Shown: piece after piece, positions 11,301 to 24,500 of the stretch | Position numbering within the stretch: position 1 is the first letter of the stretch | How the letters are laid out: every line of letters begins with the position of its first letter | Assembly: GCA_032718475.1 (NCBI GenBank) | Contig: JAUCBJ010002882.1 | Span: forward strand, 1 to 61,474 | Reading direction: 5' to 3' | Length of the DNA: 61,474 nt | Source: Nemertoderma westbladi | Taxonomy: Eukaryota; Animalia; Xenacoelomorpha | Made by a program: the position numbers and the translations under genes | The notes under the pieces: model-generated | The model's input: the letters and a program-made list of their open reading frames with translations, nothing else | Database searches by the model: none | What the model was told of the DNA's origin: nothing

Positions 11301-13856
11301 TGAGTTAGTAATAATATATAGCACGTAGGTAACTGCGTACCCAAAACGTGTGAGTTAGTAATAATATATAGCACGTAGGTAACTGCGTACCCAAAACGTG
11401 TGAGTTAGTAATAATATATAGCACGTAGGTAACTGCGTACCCAAAACGGGTGAGTTAGTAATAATATATAGCACGTAGGTAACTGCGTACCCAAAACGTG
11501 TGAGTTAGTAATAATATATAGCACGTAGGTAACTGCGTACCCAAAACGTGTGAGTTAGTAATAATATATAGCAAGCTGGTAACTGCGTACCCAAAACGGG
11601 TGAGTTAGTAATAATATATAGCACGTAGGTAACTGCGTACCCAAAACGTGTGAGTTAGTAATAATATATAGCAAGCTGGTAACTGCGTACCCAAAACGGG
11701 TGAGTTAGTAATAATATATAGCACGTAGGTAACTGCGTACCCAAAACGTGTGAGTTAGTAATAATATATAGCACGTAGGTAACTGCGTACCCAAAACGTG
11801 TGAGTTAGTAATAATATATAGCACGCTAGGTAACTGCGTACCCAAAACGTGTGAGTTAGTAATAATATATAGCACGCTGGTAACTGCGTACCCAAAACGG
11901 GTGAGTTAGTAATAATATATAGCACGCTAGGTAACTGCGTACCCAAAACGGGTGAGTTAGTAATAATATATAGCACGTAGGTAACTGCGTACCCAAAACG
12001 TGTGAGTTAGTAATAATATATAGCACGTAGGTAACTGCGTACCCAAAACGTGTGAGTTAGTAATAATATATAGCAAGCTGGTAACTGCGTACCCAAAACG
12101 GGTGAGTTAGTAATAATATATAGCACGTAGGTAACTGCGTACCCAAAACGTGTGAGTTAGTAATAATATATAGCACGTAGGTAACTGCGTACCCAAAACG
12201 TGTGAGTTAGTAATAATATATAGCAAGCTGGTAACTGCGTACCCAAAACGGGTGAGTTAGTAATAATATATAGCACGTAGGTAACTGCGTACCCAAAACG
12301 TGTGAGTTAGTAATAATATATAGCACGTAGGTAACTGCGTACCCAAAACGTGTGAGTTAGTAATAATATATAGCACGTAGGTAACTGCGTACCCAAAACG
12401 TGTGAGTTAGTAATAATATATAGCACGTAGGTAACTGCGTACCCAAAACGTGTGAGTTAGTAATAATATATAGCAAGCTGGTAACTGCGTACCCAAAACG
12501 GGTGAGTTAGTAATAATATATAGCACGTAGGTAACTGCGTACCCAAAACGTGTGAGTTAGTAATAATATATAGCACGTAGGTAACTGCGTACCCAAAACG
12601 TGTGTGTTAGTAATAATATATAGCACGTAGGTAGCAGCGTACCCAAAACGTGTGAGTTAGTAATAATATATAGCACGTAGGTAACTGCGTACCCAAAACA
12701 GTTGAGTTAGTAATAATATATAGCACGTAGGTAGCAGCGTACCCAAAACGTGTGAGTTAGTAATAATATATAGCACGTAGGTAACTGCGTACCCAAAACG
12801 TGTGAGTTAGTAATAATATATAGCACGTAGGTAACTGCGTACCCAAAACGTGTGAGTTAGTAATAATATATAGCACGTAGGTAACTGCGTACCCAAAACG
12901 TGTGTGTTAGTAATAATATATAGCACGTAGGTAGCAGCGTACCCAAAACGTGTGAGTTAGTAATAATATATAGCACGTAGGTAACTGCGTACCCAAAACG
13001 TGTGAGTTAGTAATAATATATAGCACGTAGGTAGCAGCGTACCCAAAACGTGTGAGTTAGTAATAATATATAGCACGTAGGTAACTGCGTACCCAAAACG
13101 TGTGAGTTAGTAATAATATATAGCACGTAGGTAACTGCGTACCCAAAACGTGTGTGTTAGTAATAATATATAGCACGTAGGTAACTGCGTACCCAGAACG
13201 TGTGAGTTAGTAATAATATATAGCACGTAGGTAACTGCGTACCCAGAACGTGTGAGTTAGTAATAATATATAGCACGTAGGTAACTGCGTACCCAGAACG
13301 TGTGAGTTAGTAATAATATATAGCACGTAGGTAACTGCGTACCCAAAACGTGTGTGTTAGTAATAATATATAGCACGTAGGTAACTGCGTACCCAGAACG
13401 TGTGAGTTAGTAATAATATACAGCACGTAGGTAACTGCGTACCCAAAACGGGTGAGTTAGTAATAATATATAGCACGTAGGTAACTGCGTACCCAAAACG
13501 TGTGTGTTAGTAATAATATATAGCACGTAGGTAGCAGCGTACCCAAAACGTGTGAGTTAGTAATAATATATAGCACGTAGGTAACTGCGTACCCAAAACG
13601 GGTGAGTTAGTAATAATATATAGCACGTAGGTAACTGCGTACCCAAAACGTGTGAGTTAGTAATAATATATAGCACGTAGGTAACTGCGTACCCAAAACG
13701 TGTGAGTTAGTAATAATATATAGCACGTAGGTAACTGCGTACCCAAAACGTGTGAGTTAGTAATAATATATAGCACGTAGGTAACTGCGTACCCAAAACG
13801 GGTGAGTTAGTAATAATATATAGCAAGCTGGTAACTGCGTACCCAAAACGGGTGAG
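5321..13856 (+). repeat. 50-bp satellite, left block (~170 monomers)
   Basis: Consensus GCGTACCCAAAACG(G/T)GTGAGTTAGTAATAATATATAGCA(CGTA/AGCT)GGTAACT repeated head to tail. Confidence 0.99.
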
Positions 13857-14094
13857 TGATAGGATCGTACTGGACTCTATACTGTATAATGGTGGCGGTC
13901 AATATAATAATTATATATATAGATATTGTTAATGACGTATGTGCTGGATTGTCTTACCGGAAGTAGCCTAATCGTTGCCTAATACTTACTGTAAATATAC
14001 TGACTGCATGTAGGCCTTGATAAAGTCAGACCCTTATTTCTGATACCGTTCGTCCGTGTCCAGTTGGACCATTACGCTACACACACACACATCA
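13857..14094 (+). repeat. 5' LTR of Mag-like element 1
   Basis: TGATAGGATCG...ACACACACATCA; no difference from 18797-19034 seen by eye. Confidence 0.98.
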
Positions 14095-14104
14095 TGGCGC
14101 AGTG
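14095..14104 (+). promoter_or_regulatory. Primer-binding site TGGCGCAGTG (resembles a tRNA-Ser-type PBS)
   Basis: TGG begins immediately after the LTR-terminal CA. The tRNA identity is from recall of metazoan tRNA-Ser 3' ends and is unverified. Confidence 0.7.
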
Positions 14105-14142
14105 TTAACTGAATATTGTGTGGTTAGCTATAAATTTATAAA

Positions 14143-17100
14143 ATGGACGATCAGGTAAACGTCTCGCGTTTAAAGAAAAGCCACACCGGATATAAAGCAA
14201 ATTATTCCAGACTGCGGAATCAACTAAACTCTTTGATCCAGCAAGTAAACGTCCTCGCCCCAGACGAGCATCCACTGGCATTAACTGACGACATTCAAAG
14301 ACTTAAAGGTATGTTAGAAGTCTCCTCCGAAAAACTTGGAGACTCATTGCAGTTAATGCTCGATAACGATGTCGATTGTACGGTAGAGGAAACTGTGTAC
14401 GATAACATTACAGTTGAACTGACCGGTTTAAGATTGTCCGTGATAAAGATTCTCGGTGAAATCCCGAAACTCCCTACCGGTATACAAAACCCCAACGCGC
14501 AGATAGGAAACGTTACCCAGCACGGAACCGGGATTGGCGTAAAGTCAGACAATGCGCCCCGTGCTACGGTGAATAAACCTCCTATAATCGATCAGGATAT
14601 CGATATTAAACGGTTTAATCGTTGGCGAGTTTCATGGTGTAATTACGCCAAGATTATAAAACTACAACTTCAGCCAAGAGACGAACAGATCTCCGCATTC
14701 TTCGGATACTGCAGCCCTGCGTTACTTTCTAAACTGCAGTACGTCGTCGAGATACCACAGAACACGGTATTAACCCTTGAGGAAGTGTTCGACAAATTCG
14801 AAAACTATCTAAAAGGGAGGCAAAATATTGCACTCGACAGATGGGAACTCACAACGTGTAAACAACAAGAATGCGAAACATTCGACAATTATTATACTCG
14901 ATTGTGCGAAATGGCTGAGACTGCGGGTCTTCGCGGGATGCGAGAAGACGAGTGGATATCAACGTTGATTACAGTGGGAATAAACGACGAGGAGATCCGG
15001 CAAGATCTCCTCGCGAAGTCCCCAGCACTGGACCATAAAGAAACAGTACTCTTCTGTCGCAGTGAAGAGGCTGCGCGAAGCCACTTAAGGAGAATGAAAA
15101 TCTCGAGATCTGAAAGTTCAGATTATTCCTCAGCGGCGGCTACGAGCGAGACATCGAGATCACGTCAGCGTTGTAATAATAAGGGATATCAATTCCGAAA
15201 AAGATCGCAATCAAGAAACCAACAGTCTAACGACGATAAATGTATGCGTTGTGGCTATGACAAACACGGGCAGGGTAAATTCTGCCCAGCACAGGGTAAA
15301 ACGTGCAGCAAATGTAAAAAACGAAACCATTTTGCCCAAGTTTGCACATCTAAAGTGAATAAATCCGCAGCAGTTGTGAGTAATGACAGCACATCTGCTG
15401 CTATCCATGTGGCATCTTGCGTTTTTAATAAACGATGTGCAGTTGAAGTGAATTTGTCCTATGATGGACAGCACTGTTGCCAAATGGATGCAATCCCAGA
15501 TACAGGCTCAGATCGTACTGTATGTGGAGTACAATTAGCTGATAAGTTGAAAATTGACATAGCCAATTTTCTAGAACCGTCTAGTGACAACTTATTGAAC
15601 ATAAATGGTAATTCTATTAAACAAATAGGACAACTCTCCTTATTAATAAAACTAGAAGGGCAAGAAATCAGAGATGTCATTACTGTATGTGAAGGTGTGA
15701 CGTCACTATATTTGTCATTGAAAGTGTGCAAAGCATTACGTCTAATCCATGAAAACTGGCCCAAACCACTTCCCCCAATTTATTTTGGTCAGGAATTAAA
15801 TTCTCAGAGTTGTTCACTTAAAACACAAGTTGATAAAATTAAAGTTGTGTTCAAACAGAGAGAACGGGAAAATTGGATTTTAAATTTACCAGAAAATCCA
15901 TCTGATAATGAGAAAGGGGAAGTACACAGAAAACTGTCATCAGTTTACTGTTCGGTTTTCGACTGCAAAACGGAATTAAAAACAATGTGTGGGAAAACTA
16001 TTGGTGATCCTATGAAAATTGAACTGAAAGAAAATTTTACACCTTTTGCAATTCATGCGGCGAGAAAAATTCCTTTTGCAAAACGAAATGAAGTGAAAAC
16101 TGAACTCGATTATCTTGTAGAGAAGGGTATAATCGAGCCAGTGGGAGATCGGCCAACAGAGTGGTGCCACCCTTTAGTTGTGGCACCCAAACCGGACGGT
16201 GGTATCAGAGTGTGTGTAGACTTGACAAATTTAAATAAACAAGTCAAACGGGTAGTACACCCGAGTAATTCACCCTATGAAGTCGTGTCGGAAATCGCCC
16301 CAGAATCCAAATATTTTACAACTTTGGACGCAAAAACTGCTTATTGGCAAGTTTTATTGGATCCAGCAGCCCGCGACTGAACTTGTTTCATAACACCATG
16401 GGGACGGTTTATATTCAACCGAGCTCCAATGGGTTACATAAGTACGGGTGACTCATATAATCTACGTGCTGATATGGCGCTAAGAGGTATAGACAATATT
16501 CATAAGCTGGTAGACGGCATGGTAATTGCAGATAAAGATTTTAAATCCCATGTTGGCCGTATTTGTGAAGTTCTAGAACGTTGTGCTCAGTATAATATCA
16601 CCATTCATCCCAATAAATTTAATTTCGCACTGTGCGAAGTTAAATTTGGTGGGTATATTGTATCACAGGAAGGTACGAAGGCCGATCCCGAAAAAATCAG
16701 CGCTATAACTAACTTTCCTGCTCCCACCAATCGCACTGAACTACGTTCTTTTATGGGCCTAGTTCAACAACTCGCGCGATTCTCAAATGAAATAAGTGAA
16801 ATGGCTTGTCCTTTACGCGATCTCTTGAAAGTTAAAAACGCATATAGTTGGACAGCCAATCACGAACTAGCATTTGAAAATGTTAAAAAGGCGCTGGCAA
16901 TCCCACCCATTCTTGCCCCATTCGATAAAAACGCAAAACTACAATTAGAAACGGATGCATCCAGAACCAAAGGTTTAGGGTTTGCATTATTGCAGAAACG
17001 AGAAGTTGATCAGGAATGGCATTTAATACAATGTGGGTCGAGATTTTTGAAAGACTGTGAAACGCGGTACGCGGTAATTGAGTTGGAAGCCCTAGCTATT

Positions 17101-18744
17101 CAATGGGCCATTACGAAATGTCGCATTTATTTGTATGGTCAACCGCATTTTACAGTGGTGACAGATCACCGCCCCCTTTTACCTATTATGAACACTCAGA
17201 CACTCGATGTAATTGATAATATGAGACTACAAAATCTCAAAATGAAACTTAGTGGGTACAATTTTACAGTAGAGTGGAAAACGGGAAAGCAGCATTACAT
17301 TCCCGATGCACTTTCGCGAGCACCTGTATCAGATCCTTCGCCCGACAATGACGAAGACCCAGATGCAACTAAGTATGTGATTGCGGCACTTTTTCAGGCT
17401 GCATCCGAAAAAATTAATAACGAAATATGTGATAGTTATAAATATTCACCGTACAAAGACCCATTACTGGAGAAGCTGCGAAATGTTTCTCGTTATGATA
17501 AGGATTATCAGGCCTTAATCACAGCAATTAACGGCGATTTCGAACCCACAGTGGTTGGAAATCCGTTGGTTCAGCAGTTGAAAAAATTGTGGAATGAACT
17601 GGGTGTAGAAGATGGGATTGTGCTGTTTGGACGTCGCATGGTGATTCCTAAAGAAGCCCGTGCAGACATCTTGACTAAACTGCATGATGCCCATCAAGGT
17701 ATAGAGCGCACTAAAAGACGCGCTAGGGAGTCTGTATATTGGCCAGGAATCAATAATGAAATTGAGATTTTAGTTCAATCCTGTGAAAAGTGCCAATACC
17801 GACTCCCGAGTAATGTGAAAGAACCATGTTTATCGGACCCGACACCCTCGAGAGTTTTCGAGTCCGTTTCATCCGACTTGTTTGACTTTGCGGGTCATGC
17901 ATATTTAGTATATGTAGACAGATTATCTGGATTTCCCTTTGTCACACGGTGGCATAGTGACCCGACAGCACAACAAGTTATTGCAAAATTGCATCAGTAT
18001 TTCGCTCAAACCGGCGTTCCTGTACGTATACGAACTGATAATGGCCCACAGTATAACTCACAAGTTTTTAAAGACTTTTTAGAACGTTGGGGGGTTGCTA
18101 GGGTGCCCTCAACGCCGTATTATCCACAGTCGAATGGCCATGCGGAGGTCTCAGTAAAAATTGTAAAAAGTATAGTGGCAAAAGCGGATGATGGGCGAAT
18201 TGATTCGGAAATATTTACTCGGGGTATTCTAGAACTACGCAACACACCCCGTATTGATGGTCGTTCTCCAGCGCAGATTGTGTACGGCCATCCACTTCGG
18301 TCACAACTGCCTCTCCATTATCGTGCATTCGATAAGACCTGGCAAACCGAAGCAAAAACGGCTGACGAAGTTGCTTGGCGTGCATCTAAGACCGCGCAGC
18401 TTTACTATGACAGAAACGCACGTGCTTTACCGAAATTGGACCCTGGAACCAAGGTGCTTATCCAGAACCCTGGAACAAAGCGCTGGTCAAAGACCGGCGT
18501 TGTAGTGGAAAGGGGAAGTAGGCGGGATTATCAACTCAAACTCCCATCTGGACGAGTTTATCGCCGAAACAGAAGGTTTCTCCGTCCTCTATTTCAACCG
18601 GACAGACGAGAACCTCCAAACAACCCTACAAACAATATCCCATATCCACCCACTACATTATTGACTGAAGTCGAACCGAAAGTGAAATCTATTCTACGAC
18701 GTAGCACAAGGAAGATCAAACCGGTGGTACGATTCACGGCTTAA
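14143..18744 (+). pseudogene. gag-pol polyprotein with a premature TGA in RT (16378-16380) and an altered RT catalytic motif
   Basis: ORFs 14143-16380 and 16429-18744 are in the same frame. Motifs: knuckles CMRCGYDKHGQGKFC and CSKCKKRNHFAQVC; protease DTGS; RT VCVDLTNLN, LDAKTAYWQ, RD*TCFITPWGRF, LVDG; RNase H TDAS...YAVIELE...TDH; integrase H-H-C-C plus SDLF / TDNG / NGHAE. Confidence 0.93.
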
Positions 18745-18788
18745 TTGAAATTGTTTCAGTTTCTCAAGCTGCCAATCTCAATCTCGGT

Positions 18789-18796
18789 AAGGGAGA
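18789..18796 (+). promoter_or_regulatory. Polypurine tract AAGGGAGA
   Basis: Purine run directly before the 3' LTR TGAT. Confidence 0.8.
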
Positions 18797-19034
18797 TGAT
18801 AGGATCGTACTGGACTCTATACTGTATAATGGTGGCGGTCAATATAATAATTATATATATAGATATTGTTAATGACGTATGTGCTGGATTGTCTTACCGG
18901 AAGTAGCCTAATCGTTGCCTAATACTTACTGTAAATATACTGACTGCATGTAGGCCTTGATAAAGTCAGACCCTTATTTCTGATACCGTTCGTCCGTGTC
19001 CAGTTGGACCATTACGCTACACACACACACATCA
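18797..19034 (+). repeat. 3' LTR of Mag-like element 1
   Basis: Direct repeat of 13857-14094, followed by TSD GTGAG. Confidence 0.98.
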
Positions 19035-21216
19035 GTGAGTTAGTAATAATATATAGCACGGAGGTAACTGCGTACCCAAAACAGTTGAGTTAGTAATAAT
19101 ATATAGCACGTAGGTAGCAGCGTACCCAAAACGTGTGAGTTAGTAATAATATATAGCACGTAGGTAACTGCGTACCCAAAACGTGTGAGTTAGTAATAAT
19201 ATATAGCACGTAGGTAACTGCGTACCCAAAACGGGTGAGTTAGTAATAATATATAGCCCGTAGGTAACTGCGTACCCAAAACGGGTGAGTTAGTAATAAT
19301 ATATAGCACGTAGGTAACTGCGTACCCAAAACGGGTGAGTTAGTAATAATATATAGCCCGTAGGTAACTGCGTACCCAAAATGGGTGAGTTAGTAATAAT
19401 ATATAGCACGTAGGTAACAGCGTACCCAAAACGTGTGAGTTAGTAATAATATATAGCACGTAGGTAACTGCGTACCCAAAACGGGTGAGTTAGTAATAAT
19501 ATATAGCCCGTAGGTAACTGCGTACCCAAAACGGGTGAGTTAGTAATAATATATAGCACGTAGGTAACTGCGTACCCAAAACGTGTGAGTTAGTAATAAT
19601 ATATAGCACGTAGGTAACTGCGTACCCAAAACGTGTGAGTTAGTAATAATATATAGCACGTAGGTAGCAGCGTACCCAAAATGGGTGAGTTAGTAATAAT
19701 ATATAGCACGTAGGTAACAGCGTACCCAAAACGTGTGAGTTAGTAATAATATATAGCACGTAGGTAACTGCGTACCCAAAACGGGTGAGTTAGTAATAAT
19801 ATATAGCCCGTAGGTAACTGCGTACCCAAAACGGGTGAGTTAGTAATAATATATAGCACGTAGGTAACTGCGTACCCAAAACGGGTGAGTTAGTAATAAT
19901 ATATAGCACGTAGGTAGCAGCGTACCCAAAATGGGTGAGTTAGTAATAATATATAGCACGTAGGTAACTGCGTACCCAAAACGTGTGAGTTAGTAATATA
20001 TAGCAAGCTGGTAACTGCGTACCCAAAACAGTTGAGTTAGTAATAATATATAGCACGTTGGTAACTGCGTACCCAAAACGTGTGAGTTAGTAATAATATA
20101 TAGCACGTAGGTAACTGCGTACCCAAAACGGGTGAGTTAGTAATAATATATAGCAAGCTGGTAACTGCGTACCCAAAACAGTTGAGTTAGTAATAATATA
20201 TAGCACGTAGGTAGCAGCGTACCCAAAACGTGTGAGTTAGTAATAATATATAGCACGTAGGTAACTGCGTACCCAAAACGGGTGAGTTAGTAATAATATA
20301 TAGCAAGCTGGTAACTGCGTACCCAAAACGTGTGAGTTAGTAATAATATATAGCACGTAGGTAACTGCGTACCCAAAACGTGTGAGTTAGTAATAATATA
20401 TAGCACGTAGGTAGCAGCGTACCCAGAACGTGTGAGTTAGTAATAATATATAGCACGTAGGTAACTGCGTACCCAAAACGTGTGAGTTAGTAATAATATA
20501 TAGCACGTAGGTAACTGCGTACCCAAAACGTGTGAGTTAGTAATAATATATAGCACGTAGGTAGCAGCGTACCCAGAACGTGTGAGTTAGTAATAATATA
20601 TAGCACGTAGGTAGCAGCGTACCCAAAACGTGTGTGTTAGTAATAATATATAGCAAGCTGGTAACTGCGTACCCAAAACGTGTGTGTTAGTAATAATATA
20701 TAGCAAGCTGGTAACTGCGTACCCAAAACGTGTGAGTTAGTAATAATATATAGCACGTAGGTAACTGCGTACCTAAAACGGGTGAGTTAGTAACAATATA
20801 TAGCAAGCTGGTAACTGCGTACCCAAAACGTGTGAGTTAGTAATAATACATAGCACGTAGGTAGCTGCGTACCCAAAACGTGTGAGTTAGTAATATATAG
20901 CAAGCTGGTAACTGCGTACCCAAAACGGGTGAGTTAGTAATATATAGCAAGCTGGTAACTGCGTACCCAAAACGGGTGAGTTAGTAATATATAGCAAGCT
21001 GGTAACTGCGTACCCAAAACGTGTGAGTTAGTAATATATAGCAAGCTGGTAACTGCGTACCCAAAACGGGTGAGTTAGTAATATATAGCAAGCTGGTAAC
21101 TGCGTACCTAAAACGGGTGAGTTAGTAATATATAGCAAGCTGGTAACTGCGTACCTAAAACGTGTGAGTTAGTAATATATAGCAAGCTGGTAACTGCGTA
21201 CCCAAAACGGGTGAGT
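19035..21216 (+). repeat. 50-bp satellite, right block (~44 monomers; terminal monomers shortened to 47 bp)
   Basis: Same consensus resumes in register after the TSD. From ~20880 the monomers lack one TAA triplet (TTAGTAATATATAG). Confidence 0.99.
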
Positions 21217-21353
21217 ATTATAACAAGTTGCAAGTGAAAACAATTCTCCAACACAAATAATTGGAAAATTTCACAAACAGAAAGTTTAGATTAGTTAGAG
21301 CTCGATAAATAATTAATAACAGAAAATATTTCATGGATGTTTTTCATTTTAAG

Positions 21354-21505
21354 AAATCTGTGGGAGAAATTGGAGATGAAAATCAGAGTAACCATGAGAT
21401 TGGTGATGTTACCAAGGAAACAATTGAGATAAATCGAAACCCTAGAAGGAATTCTGGAATATTCAGAAACATACAAGGGAAGATATCCAATGTTAAAAGA
21501 ATAAC
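21354..21505 (+). CDS. Candidate 152-nt host exon between the two satellites
   Basis: Preceded by TTTTTCATTTTAAG and followed by GTTAGT. Only one frame is open (KSVGEIGDENQSNHEIGDVTKETIEINRNPRRNSGIFRNIQGKISNVKRI). No homology recognised. Confidence 0.4.
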
Positions 21506-24500
21506 GTTAGTGGAGGAGTTAGTACAGTTAGTGGAACTATAGAGTTTGTACAGTTAGTGGAACTATAGAGTTTGTACAGTTAGTGGAACTATAGAGTTTG
21601 TACAGTTAGTGGAACTATAGAGTTTGTACAGTTAGTGGAACTATAGAGTTTGTACAGTTAGTGGAACTATAGAGTTTGTACAGTTTAGTGGAACTATAGA
21701 GTTTGTAAAGTTAGTGGAACTATGGAGTTTGTACAGTTAGTGGAACTATAGAGTTTGTACAGTTAGTGGAACTATAGAGTTTGTACAGTTAGTGGAACTA
21801 TAGAGTTTGTACAGTTTAGTGGAACTATAGAGTTTGTAAAGTTAGTGGAACTATGGAGTTTGTACAGTTAGTGGAACTATAGAGTTTGTACAGATAGTGG
21901 AACTATAGAGTTTGTACAGTTAGTGGAACTATAGAGTTTGTACAGTTAGTGGAACTATAGAGTTTGTAAAGTTAGAGGAACTATAGAGTTTGTACAGTTA
22001 GTGGAACTATAGAGTTTGTACAGTTAGTGGAACTATAGAGTTTGTACAGTTAGTGGAACTATAGAGTTTGTACAGTTAGTGGAACTATAGAGTTTGTACA
22101 GTTAGTGGAACTATAGAGTTTGTAAAGTTAGAGGAACTATAGAGTTTGTACAGTTAGTGGAACTATAGAGTTTGTACAGTTAGTGGAACTATAGAGTTTG
22201 TACAGTTAGTGGAACTATAGAGTTTGTACAGTTAGTGGAACTATAGAGTTTGTACAGTTAGTGGAACTATAGAGTTTGTACAGTTAGTGGAACTATAGAG
22301 TTTGTACAGTTTAGTGGAACTGTAGAGTTTGTACAGTTAGTGGAACTATAGAGTTTGTACAGTTTAGTGGAACTATAGAGTTTGTACAGTTTAGTGGAAC
22401 TATAGAGTTTGTAAAGTTAGTGGAACTATAGAGTTTGTACAGTTAGTGGAACTATAGAGTTTGTACAGTTAGTGAAACTATAGAGTTTGTACAGTTAGTG
22501 GAACTATAGAGTTTGTACAGTTAGTGAAACTATAGAGTTTGTACAGTTAGTGGAACTATAGAGTTTGTACAGTTAGTGAAACTATAGAGTTTGTACAGTT
22601 AGTGGAACTATAGAGTTTGTACAGTTAGTGGAACTATAGAGTTTGTACAGTTAGTGAAACTATAGAGTTTGTACAGTTAGTGGAACTATAGAGTTTGTAC
22701 AGTTAGTGAAACTATAGAGTTTGTACAGTTAGTGGAACTATAGAGTTTGTACAGTTAGTGAAACTATAGAGTTTGTACAGTTAGTGGAACTATAGAGTTT
22801 GTACAGTTAGTGGAACTATAGAGTTTGTACAGTTAGTGAAACTATAGAGTTTGTACAGTTTAGTGGAACTATAGAGTTTGTACAGTTTAGTGGAACTATA
22901 GAGTTTGTAAAGTTAGTGGAACTATAGAGTTTGTACAGTTAGTGGAACTGTAGAGTTTGTACAGTTAGTGGAACTATAGAGTTTGTACAGTTAGTGGAAC
23001 TATAGAGTTTGTACAGTTAGTGAAACTATAGAGTTTGTACAGTTAGTGGAACTATAGAGTTTGTACAGTTAGTGGAACTATAGAGTTTGTACAGTTAGTG
23101 AAACTATAGAGTTTGTACAGTTAGTGGAACTATAGAGTTTGTACAGTTAGTGAAACTATAGAGTTTGTACAGTTAGTGGAACTATAGAGTTTGTACAGTT
23201 AGTGGAACTATAGAGTTTGTACAGTTAGTGAAACTATAGAGTTTGTACAGTTAGTGAAACTATAGAGTTTGTACAGTTAGTGGAACTATAGAGTTTGTAC
23301 AGTTAGTGGAACTATAGAGTTTGTACAGTTAGTGAAACTATAGAGTTTGTACAGTTAGTGAAACTATAGAGTTTGTACAGTTAGTGGAACTATAGAGTTT
23401 GTACAGTTAGTGAAACTATAGAGTTTGTACAGTTAGTGGAACTATAGAGTTTGTACAGTTAGTGAAACTATAGAGTTTGTACAGTTAGTGAAACTATAGA
23501 GTTTGTACAGTTAGTGGAACTATAGAGTTTGTACAGTTAGTGGAACTATAGAGTTTGTACAGTTAGTGAAACTATAGAGTTTGTACAGTTAGTGAAACTA
23601 TAGAGTTTGTACAGTTAGTGGAACTATAGAGTTTGTACAGTTAGTGGAACTATAGAGTTTGTACAGTTAGTGAAACTATAGAGTTTGTACAGTTAGTGGA
23701 ACTATAGAGTTTGTACAGTTAGTGGAACTATAGAGTTTGTACAGTTAGTGAAACTATAGAGTTTGTACAGTTAGTGAAACTATAGAGTTTGTACAGTTAG
23801 TGGAACTATAGAGTTTGTACAGTTAGTGAAACTATAGAGTTTGTACAGTTAGTGGAACTATAGAGTTTGTACAGTTAGTGAAACTATAGAGTTTGTACAG
23901 TTAGTGGAACTATAGAGTTTGTACAGTTAGTGAAACTATAGAGTTTGTACAGTTAGTGGAACTATAGAGTTTGTACAGTTAGTGGAACTATAGAGTTTGT
24001 ACAGTTAGTGAAACTATAGAGTTTGTACAGTTAGTGGAACTATAGAGTTTGTACAGTTAGTGGAACTATAGAGTTTGTACAGTTAGTGGAACTGTAGAGT
24101 TTGTACAGTTAGTGGAACTATAGAGTTTGTAAAGTTAGTGGAACTATAGAGTTTGTACAGTTAGTGAAACTATAGAGTTTGTACAGTTAGTGGAACTATA
24201 GAGTTTGTACAGTTAGTGGAACTATAGAGTTTGTACAGTTAGTGGAACTGTAGAGTTTGTACAGTTAGTGGAACTATAGAGTTTGTACAGTTAGTGGAAC
24301 TATAGAGTTTGTACAGTTAGTGAAACTATAGAGTTTGTACAGTTAGTGGAACTATAGAGTTTGTACAGTTAGTGGAACTATAGAGTTTGTACAGTTAGTG
24401 GAACTGTAGAGTTTGTACAGTTAGTGGAACTATAGAGTTTGTACACTTAGTGGAACTATAGAGTTTGTACAGTTAGAGGAACTATAGAGTTTGTACAGTT

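Larger units (their letters stand above)
13857..19034 (+). mobile_element. Full-length Ty3/Gypsy LTR retrotransposon, Mag-like clade
   Basis: 238-bp LTRs TGAT...ATCA, 5-bp TSD GTGAG (13852-13856 and 19035-19039), PBS, PPT, and a single gag-pol frame in PR-RT-RH-IN order. The short LTRs and two tandem Zn knuckles are typical of Mag elements. Confidence 0.96.

Noticed and set aside
5941-11976. Repeated 73-89 aa minus-strand ORFs (MLYIITNS...)
   Set aside because: By-products of the 50-bp period cycling through reading frames; non-ATG starts.
16378-16380. Programmed stop-codon readthrough between gag and pol
   Set aside because: The TGA lies inside the RT domain, well after the protease, at a normally sense position.
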